From positions 1 to 40,583 of the IMG/VR virus record IMGVR_UViG_3300031673_000176: DNA of 40,583 bases. The stretch is one strand, 5' to 3'. This document shows, in pieces, positions 8,606 through 16,320 of the stretch (position 1 is the stretch's first letter; each line of letters starts with the position of its first letter). This stretch comes from a virus. Its lineage: Duplodnaviria > Caudoviricetes. The notes beneath the pieces were generated by a model, which worked only from the letters and a program-made list of their open reading frames with translations, was not told where the DNA came from and made no database searches. Position numbers and translations under genes: made by a program.

Positions 8606-9593
8606 TAGAGACCTCACGGTCGTTTCGCTGTTCTGCGGCTCAGGAGGATCTTCTCTTGGCTATCGAGAAGCCGGCTTTAGGGAACTGATTGCTGTCGACA
8701 TTCTTGATCGAGCAATCGAGAATATGAGAGTCAACTTTCCCGAAACCGAAGTGATTCAAGAAGACGTCGCGACGCTCGATCTCGTGTGGAGGTTGTCGAA
8801 AATGGGAGTCAAGGTCGGGGAACTCGATGTTCTCGATGGTTCCCCGCCGTGTCAAGGATTTTCGTATTCGGGCCACAGAGATGTGAAGGACAGCAGAAAC
8901 GAACTTGTGGGCCACTACGCCACGCACGTTCAAAACGTTATGCCGCGCGCATTCGTGATGGAGAACGTGCCGGGGATAGTGACTGCGAAGCATAAAGGTA
9001 TTGTTCGTGAGGCAATGAATCAGCTCTCCCGGGAGTATGAAATACAAGAACGAATCATGAGCGCCGCGAACTATGGAGTACCGCAGGACCGGAAAAGGTA
9101 TATCGCCGTTGGAACCAGAAAAGACTTGGGTATTCACTTCAGATTCCCCGAGCCGTTCGGAACCATGCGAACGTTCTCATGGGTCGTGAATGAAGTCGAG
9201 AAAAACCGAAACAAGTTTCTGCCGGGAGATTTCGACGAAAAGCCGCTCGGTCGAACTGGGCATGGAAAGACGCTCTCGTTGACCGCGCCATTTCGAAACG
9301 CTGCGGAGACCTCGAAGAAATACCTCGGAATAAACAGTGGGTTCAACTGGTCACGAGCCGACATGAAGCGACCGTTGCCGACTTTGGTCGGAGCCCTTTC
9401 TATTTGTCATTCATACTTGCCGAGATACCTGACGATAGCGGAGCTTAAAGTTGGATCATCGTTTCCGCCCGAGTTTTTCTTGGGCGGATCGATGACCGAC
9501 AAGGTTAAAGCTATGGGACTGTGCGTCCCTCCCGGAATGATCAAAGCGGTCGCGGAACAACTGGCGATCGAACTGAGGAGGATAAAGCCATGA
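8595..9593 (+). CDS. DNA cytosine-5 methyltransferase
   Basis: Motif I SLFCGSGG, IV GSPPCQGFS, VI MENVPG, VIII YGVPQDRKR, IX RYLTIAE, X-like GLCVPP. Confidence 0.93.
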   Translation: MNGDRDLTVVSLFCGSGGSSLGYREAGFRELIAVDILDRAIENMRVNFPETEVIQEDVATLDLVWRLSKMGVKVGELDVLDGSPPCQGFSYSGHRDVKDSRNELVGHYATHVQNVMPRAFVMENVPGIVTAKHKGIVREAMNQLSREYEIQERIMSAANYGVPQDRKRYIAVGTRKDLGIHFRFPEPFGTMRTFSWVVNEVEKNRNKFLPGDFDEKPLGRTGHGKTLSLTAPFRNAAETSKKYLGINSGFNWSRADMKRPLPTLVGALSICHSYLPRYLTIAELKVGSSFPPEFFLGGSMTDKVKAMGLCVPPGMIKAVAEQLAIELRRIKP

Positions 9594-9919
9594 CGTGGTT
9601 CGTTCTGAGCCTAATTGCTGACGCGGCGGCTGCCGCGCTTGTGACACTCGTCGTTGTCAATTTCATCGTGTTCCCTATTCGGGAGAAGGTCAGGATAAAG
9701 AAAGACCGTTGCGTTCGGTGCGGCGGCAAGATGCCGGAGAAACTTCAGCGTCGACCGATATGTACGTTTCCCGTTGGAGGACACATGCCGTGCGGGACCC
9801 TCGTCCAACTTTGCTGGACTTGCGTCAAAAAAGATAACTGGGTTGTCAGATGCAAGGTTCACCGAAATGTTCCGACTCATCTCGCTAAGGAGTTCGAAGA
9901 TTGCCGGCCGCGCTGTTAG
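9590..9919 (+). CDS. membrane-anchored Cys-rich hypothetical protein
   Basis: N-terminal hydrophobic stretch, then CVRC, C..C, CWTC, CKVH; GAGGAGG RBS, ATGA overlap. Confidence 0.6.
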   Translation: MTWFVLSLIADAAAAALVTLVVVNFIVFPIREKVRIKKDRCVRCGGKMPEKLQRRPICTFPVGGHMPCGTLVQLCWTCVKKDNWVVRCKVHRNVPTHLAKEFEDCRPRC

Positions 9920-10737
9920 TGGTAGCCCTCGGGCTGATGGGCGCGAACGCCTCGGTCAAGTCAAAAGTGGAATATGCGTCTACAGTCACGGGAGTACCGA
10001 TAGGTATTGCGAAAGCACTTATAAGCAAGGAATCGGGGTGGGACCCGAAAGCCATTCACTACAATTTTGACGGATCGGTCGACCGCGGACTGATGCAGAT
10101 CAACAGCTCGAGCGAATCGAGTTTTTCGCTTCGGTACCTTGACGGTCAGGAGCTTGATCCGTTCGACGTCGACCAGTCGATAGCAGTCGGACTGTCATTT
10201 CTGGCTGACATGCACGAGAGATTCGGAAGCTGGATTACGGCTGTCATGGCGTACAACTGCGGACCCGGAACGGTCGAAAACGAAATGGTGCCGGAAACGA
10301 CGAAAAAATATGCGAGGGAAATCATGGGAGAGTTCAAGACACCGAACAAAGTGGAAGTGTTCGGGGTGACGACGGTCGTTCCGCAAACAGGAACAGAATA
10401 TCTATGGTACACGCCGAGCCAGAACTTCGGAGCATTGCCGAAGAGTTTCGAAATGCTGTCTGAAACGCACCAGGTCAAGATTCGAATGATTGCTATGCCG
10501 AGCCGAAGCGGAGCGATGATTCTGCGAAAGATCGCCATTCAGGACGAAATGCTTGACGGGTTTTTCACGAAAATGGAACGAGAGATGAACGGATATCGAG
10601 AGACGATCGCAGTGGCAAGATCGGAATCACGAAGGCCTCTGACGATTCGAGAAAGGCTCAAAGTGTTCGTAACGGGAAAGCTTCCGGAGCGTTTTGAACG
10701 AGCATATTTTTCGGATCAGAACTCACGATATTTCTAG
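9901..10737 (+). CDS. lytic transglycosylase (SLT family) with signal-like N-terminus and extra C-terminal domain
   Basis: Catalytic KESGW, GLMQIN, AYNCG, ETTKKY; N-terminal LLVVALGLMGANA; AAGGAG before TTG 9901. Confidence 0.88.
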   Translation: MPAALLVVALGLMGANASVKSKVEYASTVTGVPIGIAKALISKESGWDPKAIHYNFDGSVDRGLMQINSSSESSFSLRYLDGQELDPFDVDQSIAVGLSFLADMHERFGSWITAVMAYNCGPGTVENEMVPETTKKYAREIMGEFKTPNKVEVFGVTTVVPQTGTEYLWYTPSQNFGALPKSFEMLSETHQVKIRMIAMPSRSGAMILRKIAIQDEMLDGFFTKMEREMNGYRETIAVARSESRRPLTIRERLKVFVTGKLPERFERAYFSDQNSRYF

Positions 10738-10747
10738 GAAGGAAGAA

Positions 10748-11203
10748 ATGGCTGACAATCAGTGGGGTGTGAACGAAAAACCATCGATTACCGTCTTGAA
10801 GGTGAATGACTATGGCCATCGATTTTCTCCTGTTACGGGTGAAGAAGAGTACGTCGTGGGCTTCGCCATGTCCGACGGGCAAGAGAGAACGTGTGTCATT
10901 ACATGGCGAAAAATAGAGCTGAGTCAGGAGCCAATTGTAGACCTGGCTAAGTTCATGCGAGATTTTCTCGAGAAAATCATTGACGACAAATCCGAGGTGG
11001 AGGAAGCGATCAGAAAAAAATCGATAACTGTCTTGACTTCACAACATGCCTATTTCCGCGATCGGGTTCGAGCGTTCCCGGGACGAACACATTCGGGAAC
11101 ACGGTCTGATAAAGCAGTCATGACCGAGTCGGAGCGATGGGAATCTGACCGGAATGAAGCGATCAAGTATCTGGATGCATATCTCGCGGGAGAAAAGGAA
11201 TGA
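10748..11203 (+). CDS. hypothetical protein
   Basis: AGGAAGG before ATG 10748; coupled to the next gene. Confidence 0.6.
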   Translation: MADNQWGVNEKPSITVLKVNDYGHRFSPVTGEEEYVVGFAMSDGQERTCVITWRKIELSQEPIVDLAKFMRDFLEKIIDDKSEVEEAIRKKSITVLTSQHAYFRDRVRAFPGRTHSGTRSDKAVMTESERWESDRNEAIKYLDAYLAGEKE

Positions 11204-11577
11204 ACACGAGAAGATACAAAGGCGAGTCGAGAAAAATCACGTCGGACCGAATGAAAGCGGCTGAAGCGTTTTTTGAAGCGGTCGTGACTCCGGTCGGAAT
11301 CCTACTGGGAATGGCGAGCAAGGTGCCGTTCAAGAAACCAGCGTGGTGGCGACCGCTGGCCGTTCGGAAATGGCGAGTTCAGAGAGGAATGGTCCTTGAC
11401 GCTGGCTGCAAAATGATACTGGAAGTGCTCGCCGAAGGCTATCCGAACATGCTTGACGAGTTTCGGAACATGGAAATGTTCAGCGAGAATGCCGGCTATT
11501 CCGACTGGGTAAACTCGGTTCTCGGTCGAGATCACTTCAAGAAGCTGAACGAGAAAATTGGCGAGAAAGCGGAATAG
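11200..11577 (+). CDS. hypothetical protein
   Basis: ATGA overlap, purine-rich RBS. Confidence 0.6.
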   Translation: MNTRRYKGESRKITSDRMKAAEAFFEAVVTPVGILLGMASKVPFKKPAWWRPLAVRKWRVQRGMVLDAGCKMILEVLAEGYPNMLDEFRNMEMFSENAGYSDWVNSVLGRDHFKKLNEKIGEKAE

Positions 11578-11603
11578 GTGCGGCTCGAGCACCGGAGGGA
11601 TAT

Positions 11604-11987
11604 ATGACAGCGTTTTTCTTTTATGCGGTTATGCTCGGATGGGCTACTCAAGCCCCGAACATTTTCATCGATTCGGTGGCCTTTCAATCGGGGCCTATTC
11701 AAGCGCAGTTCTCGGCCGGGGTCTCGATTGAGAACAAGGAAGGAACGGGGATTTACGTCCGGGGAGAAATGGCCAGCTGGTCGGCGGTCGACGCGGAGTT
11801 CCCGTTTTCACCGAAGGTAACGGAATACGTAGCAGCTGCGGGTCTCAACGTAGGAAGGAACTTGAATGTCGAGCTGGCGCATTCGGTGCTTAATCCACTG
11901 GCTCAGTATGGAGCTACGAGTCAGAGATATCGTCAAGACCAGACAGTTTTGTCGGTAACTTTCAAGGGAAAGTCGAAGCTGTTCTGA
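11604..11987 (+). CDS. putative small exported/outer-membrane beta-strand protein
   Basis: GGAGGG RBS; hydrophobic N-terminus; alternating amphipathic strands (FSAGVSIE, IYVRGEM, YVAAAGLNV, LNVELAHS, LSVTFKG); terminal Phe. Confidence 0.5.
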   Translation: MTAFFFYAVMLGWATQAPNIFIDSVAFQSGPIQAQFSAGVSIENKEGTGIYVRGEMASWSAVDAEFPFSPKVTEYVAAAGLNVGRNLNVELAHSVLNPLAQYGATSQRYRQDQTVLSVTFKGKSKLF

Positions 11988-12033
11988 CCGGACAGTAGTG
12001 GATTTGTAGTTCGGACCGGAGTATCATCGAGCC

Positions 12034-12492
12034 ATGGACGATAAGGTCAACGGGAAAAACGGAACCAGCAAAACTGGCGATAAACTGGAGAATAACGGTA
12101 GATTCGCTGCCGGCTATGATCCGCGGCGAAACCTGAACGGAAGGCCAAAATCCGGGGAATCGCTCGCGGACTTGGCTCGGCAGATCAACCTCGAGAGCGA
12201 GGAGGTGATGGTCGGCGAAACGAAGACCCGAATGGAGAAGCGTCGCATTTTCCTCGAGTCGATATATAGACGGGCAGTTCGTGGAAGCGACGCGGCTGCA
12301 AGACTCTGGTGGAACTACTCTGACGGACTCCCGCCATTCAAGGGGCAGATCACGTTTCCGGAAGAAGCGGATTTCGACGGCGACCTGGCGGAATTGGCTC
12401 GTGCTCGCCGAATGCTGGCGGCTTCTCGAATCGGCGCGAACATCGGCGAAGGGAATGACGAAGAACAAGACGCTGATAACGGCGAAGCCTGA
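12034..12492 (+). CDS. terS: terminase small subunit-like (DUF5681-like)
   Basis: GRFAAG..RRNLNGRPK, RAVRGSDAAARL; immediately upstream of TerL. Confidence 0.7.
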   Translation: MDDKVNGKNGTSKTGDKLENNGRFAAGYDPRRNLNGRPKSGESLADLARQINLESEEVMVGETKTRMEKRRIFLESIYRRAVRGSDAAARLWWNYSDGLPPFKGQITFPEEADFDGDLAELARARRMLAASRIGANIGEGNDEEQDADNGEA

Positions 12493-14068
12493 AATAAGCG
12501 ATTCAGCTCTCGCTCGAGCGCTATACGAAGATGAGCGAGCGCACTGGCTCGCGCTATTTCATCACCGCACGCACCATAACAAGCCGTTTCGTTTCGACCG
12601 CTATGAATACGCGCGCGACATTCTCAGAGATACTTCTCAGCACAAAGTCTGGAAGAAGTCTACGCAAGGAGCTGCTACGGAAGTCGCGATCATCATTGCT
12701 CGTTCATGGCTCGAACAAGGGCTCGATGTTTTCGAAGTGTTCCCGACCGACCAGCTGAAGAATCGGTTCGTGAAAAACAGATGGGATATGTCGGAGGCGT
12801 ACACCTCAAGGTACGCAGACTCCTATCGTGCGGAGTCGGTCGTAACGGCGAAAGACCGATCGTCGAGCATGAGCCTTAAGCAGTATATCCACGCGGCTAT
12901 TGCGTTCGTCGGATCGAAGAGCCCTGCGGCGTTCGGTGAGTTTCCCGCGGATGCGAGAATAACCGACGAGTTCGACAACTGCGATCAAGCAAACATCCTT
13001 ATGTCCGAAGAGCGTCTTTCGAACTCACCGCACCGCCTGAAACTGGATATCGGAAACCCTACCATCCCAAACTACGGAATCTCGAAGCTCTACGCGAAGA
13101 GTGATCAAAAGCGATGGCACTTGAAATGTGACTGCGGTCACGTGTTTCATCCGGTATGGATAGGGAACGTGGTGCGTCAAATCGGTCAAGGTGAATACGA
13201 GGTTATCGACAGAGAGTGGGAGGGCCCCTCGGGGCCGGATGCGAGAATAATCTGTCAGAAGTGCGGCCGGCCGGTCGATCGATTCGCGGAGGGTTTGTGG
13301 GTTCCGACGGCTCGCGGATGGATAAGCGGCTACCACACATCGAAGCTCTTCAGCTCGAGGATGACCATTCAAGAAATGATCACGCGATTCGAAGATGGCC
13401 TATCTGACCCGGAAGCGGCGCAGCGGTTCTGGAACGCGGATCAAGGCGAAAGCTACGCGGCGCCTGGCTCAAAAATGCTCCCGGAAGATTTGGAGAAGAT
13501 CACCAGCGACTACCCGAACATGGTAAAAACGGAGGGCTCGTGTTTCGTGGGAATAGACGTCGGAGCTGTTCTGCATGTTGTGATCGGTGAAGCGCTGCCA
13601 GACGGGAGAATACGAACGGTATGGATCGGAACGGTCGAATGCCGAATCGAACTCGATGACCTGAATGAAGTGCTTCGGAAATATCAGTGGGTTTCTCTGG
13701 TGATCGACGAACGTCCTGAGACGCGGCTGGCGAGAAAGATAGCGCACCGTGCGAGAAATGCGTGGATGTGTCGATACGTGAGAGGAAAGAAGGACGTGAT
13801 CGACATCGGATCAAAGATCGTTTCGGTAGACAGAACGTCTGCTCTCGATAAGGTCGTTGAATACGCGACTCACGATCGTTTGCTACTTCCGTATGATGCC
13901 ATGGGAATCGAAGGGTTCTCTGCGCAAATGACAGAGCTCACTCGAGTGTACGATAAAGACCAGAATGGAGACGAAGGGGGATACGTCTGGAAGGGTGACG
14001 GCGCGGATCACTATTTCCACGCGATGGGGTATATGCTCACCGCGACGAGACTGCGGGGCAAAAGGTAA
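12455..14068 (+). CDS. terL: terminase large subunit (lambda GpA-like)
   Basis: Walker A-like KSTQGAATE, Walker B RITDEFD, GNPT coupling motif, CDCG/CQKC, nuclease GIDVG and ADHYFHA. Confidence 0.93.
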   Translation: MTKNKTLITAKPEISDSALARALYEDERAHWLALFHHRTHHNKPFRFDRYEYARDILRDTSQHKVWKKSTQGAATEVAIIIARSWLEQGLDVFEVFPTDQLKNRFVKNRWDMSEAYTSRYADSYRAESVVTAKDRSSSMSLKQYIHAAIAFVGSKSPAAFGEFPADARITDEFDNCDQANILMSEERLSNSPHRLKLDIGNPTIPNYGISKLYAKSDQKRWHLKCDCGHVFHPVWIGNVVRQIGQGEYEVIDREWEGPSGPDARIICQKCGRPVDRFAEGLWVPTARGWISGYHTSKLFSSRMTIQEMITRFEDGLSDPEAAQRFWNADQGESYAAPGSKMLPEDLEKITSDYPNMVKTEGSCFVGIDVGAVLHVVIGEALPDGRIRTVWIGTVECRIELDDLNEVLRKYQWVSLVIDERPETRLARKIAHRARNAWMCRYVRGKKDVIDIGSKIVSVDRTSALDKVVEYATHDRLLLPYDAMGIEGFSAQMTELTRVYDKDQNGDEGGYVWKGDGADHYFHAMGYMLTATRLRGKR

Positions 14069-14079
14069 AGGATTGAACG

Positions 14080-14469
14080 ATGACTTTGAGAAACAAGATT
14101 CTCGCGAAAGTGAAGGACGTTTTCAACGTGGACCATGGCGGCGCTTATCCAAAGTGGTACGTCGCTTTCTGGTATCTGATGTCTCCGAGAATGTTCATGC
14201 TGAATGTTGTCGGAAGCAAGCTTGCCGGACTGAAAGTTTCTCCGCTGTCGAACACCATTGAGATTCAAGGGATCAATATTTCGATAGACCTGTTGAAATG
14301 TTTGGGAACGCGAAGATGGACCGTCGTAGAGTCTCCGGGTGTTCCTGAAGGAATGGTGATGATGGTCGTATCAGCGAGGAAACACTATCCGAGCAAAGAG
14401 CTGATGTCGCTCGCGATTAGTGAGTCGATCGGCAATTCGACCCTTGCACGGGATCATAATGGGCAGTAG
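14080..14469 (+). CDS. hypothetical protein between TerL and portal
   Basis: 129-aa ORF with AAGGA RBS; no recognisable motif. Confidence 0.55.
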   Translation: MTLRNKILAKVKDVFNVDHGGAYPKWYVAFWYLMSPRMFMLNVVGSKLAGLKVSPLSNTIEIQGINISIDLLKCLGTRRWTVVESPGVPEGMVMMVVSARKHYPSKELMSLAISESIGNSTLARDHNGQ

Positions 14470-14472
14470 GAT
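14444..14472 (+). promoter_or_regulatory. candidate sigma70 promoter for the head operon
   Basis: TTGCAC-N17-TAGGAT ending 6 nt before the portal ATG. Confidence 0.4.
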
Positions 14473-14478
14473 AAGCGA

Positions 14479-16068
14479 ATGAGTGATATATCACAAGGAA
14501 CGGTGTATGTCACCGCTGAAGAGCTAACGGGAACGTCGGTACTGAACAACGCTCGGCGCGGCCGTCGCGGTGTGAACGTCTATACTCTTTCCGACCTGTT
14601 GTCCGTTTCCGGTGAAGCGAAAGACGGTCGAATCATCCCGGGAACGATTCAGCAAAACCTTTTCACACTTTCCATCGATGAGCGCACACAGATATATCGC
14701 AAAAACTTCACGGTTCATGGACTCGTGAACGGCCGAATGAGTCGTATCGCCGGCCGAGACTGGAAAGTCACCCGAGATTCGAAAGACGAGGATAGAATCG
14801 CCGCTTTCATCCAGATGGCAGCTCAGCTGTATGACGAGTACGACAATCCGCAAAGCGTTCTCGATTTGACAGTTCGATCAAGGTGCGTGATGTTTTGCCG
14901 AAGATGGCTGCCGGACTTGAAGCCGGATATGTCCAACTTTATGCCGGCGATGCTTCGGTGGAAACACAAGCTGAGAATGAAGTATGAAGATCGTTCCACT
15001 GAAATCGAGGACTGGATTCACAAGCCGAACCACCAAGACAGTTTCGACGAGTTCGTGAAGAAAACTGTTTCCGATGCGCTCATTCACGGAGCTTCGTCAT
15101 GGTATAAGGCGAGAGACCCGAGCACCGAACAAATAGACGAAGTGTATGTCTTGCCCGGCGGCACTGTGCTCCCGTTCCGGTCGATGTTCGTCGGAGGAGT
15201 CACAGCGTACGCTCAGATATTGAATGGCGTTCCTCCGAAAGTGTATTTCCACGATGAAGTCAGTTATCTCGCGTACGCTCCGAACTCAGGTCTGTCCTAT
15301 GGAGCGGTGCCGCTAGAAGCGCTGGTCAACAGAATTGCAGAGGTATTGCTGTTCGAAGAGCAAGCTGCTATGAAAGCGGACGGAACCAGCGCTCCTGAAA
15401 AGCTCGTCGTGTTCAACGACCCCTTTCCGTTCGGTGACGATGATACGTCGAAAGACCTGACGATGCCGCTCACTCAAGATGAACAGTCGCGACTCGAAGT
15501 GCTTGTCAATGAACCGCGGAGAAACGCGATACGTATTCTTTCCGGCTACGGGGGACAAGGACAGCCGCAGGTCGTCGACCTTTCGCGGGAGTCAACATTT
15601 CAAGCGCAGTCCGAACGAGAGGACAAGATCATCCGATCGATCGCGATGTGCTTCAATGCGACGAACGTTGAAGTCGGGCTGACCGGATCGGGAGATACGT
15701 CCGGAAGAGAAACGTCGGAGACTCAAACGGAAGTTGACCGAGCGAACGGATGGATGCCGCTCGCGATGCTCATAGAAGATCGGTTCAACACCGACATCAT
15801 TCCGGAACGGTTCGAGAGCGGATACAATCTCGAATGCGACAAGGGAATGAACGAAGCAGAGCAGATCGATATCGAGTCGAAGAAACTGCAATCCGGTTCG
15901 TATTCGGTGAATGAGATCAGAACCGACCGAGGCGACGATCCGTTCCCAGAAGAGCAATACGATCGACCGCCGGGCGCCGGCGAGAAGCAAGAGCCCCCTG
16001 ATGGGTCGGAAGGAAATCCGATGAACGTCAAAATGGCGCAGCGAGGCAGATCGATTGTCCGCCGATAA
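14479..16068 (+). CDS. portal protein
   Basis: KPNHQDSFDEF..DALIHG, YG..PLEAL, IAMCFNATNVEVG, SVNEIRTDRGDDP; position after the terminase. Confidence 0.92.
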   Translation: MSDISQGTVYVTAEELTGTSVLNNARRGRRGVNVYTLSDLLSVSGEAKDGRIIPGTIQQNLFTLSIDERTQIYRKNFTVHGLVNGRMSRIAGRDWKVTRDSKDEDRIAAFIQMAAQLYDEYDNPQSVLDLTVRSRCVMFCRRWLPDLKPDMSNFMPAMLRWKHKLRMKYEDRSTEIEDWIHKPNHQDSFDEFVKKTVSDALIHGASSWYKARDPSTEQIDEVYVLPGGTVLPFRSMFVGGVTAYAQILNGVPPKVYFHDEVSYLAYAPNSGLSYGAVPLEALVNRIAEVLLFEEQAAMKADGTSAPEKLVVFNDPFPFGDDDTSKDLTMPLTQDEQSRLEVLVNEPRRNAIRILSGYGGQGQPQVVDLSRESTFQAQSEREDKIIRSIAMCFNATNVEVGLTGSGDTSGRETSETQTEVDRANGWMPLAMLIEDRFNTDIIPERFESGYNLECDKGMNEAEQIDIESKKLQSGSYSVNEIRTDRGDDPFPEEQYDRPPGAGEKQEPPDGSEGNPMNVKMAQRGRSIVRR

Positions 16069-16101
16069 GCGACTCGAAGGATGCGCTCGAGGGCGGCGAA
16101 T

Positions 16102-16320
16102 ATGATTTCAGATTACGAGTTCAAAGAGAAAGGCCCGACTCTCGCCGACGTTGAAGAAATGCTTCGGCCGATGGAAATAGACCTCGAAGCGATGTTTCGG
16201 CAGCTGTTCGAGGATGTCATGATGAAAATGATGTCGATTGTCAAAGATGGAGCGACTCCCATAGAGCTGATCGGTAGTATCGAGGAGATTTTTCACGATG
16301 ATAACACGATCCCAGGCTGA
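16102..16320 (+). CDS. small helical hypothetical protein
   Basis: Acidic/Met-rich ORF between portal and the 825-aa gene; start may be 16081 or 16102. Confidence 0.5.
   Translation: MISDYEFKEKGPTLADVEEMLRPMEIDLEAMFRQLFEDVMMKMMSIVKDGATPIELIGSIEEIFHDDNTIPG

Noticed and set aside
12281-12454. Long N-terminal extensions given by the ORF track (also 636, 1841, 4958, 6542, 7419, 8009, 8523, 9521, 25831)
   Set aside because: They overlap upstream genes or regulatory DNA; downstream starts with an RBS or stop/start coupling fit better
16102-16320. Small ORF as a split-off N-terminal fragment of MuF (GATPIELIGSIEEIF)
   Set aside because: Resemblance is too short to support, and 19699..20568 appears to have its own helical N-terminal region
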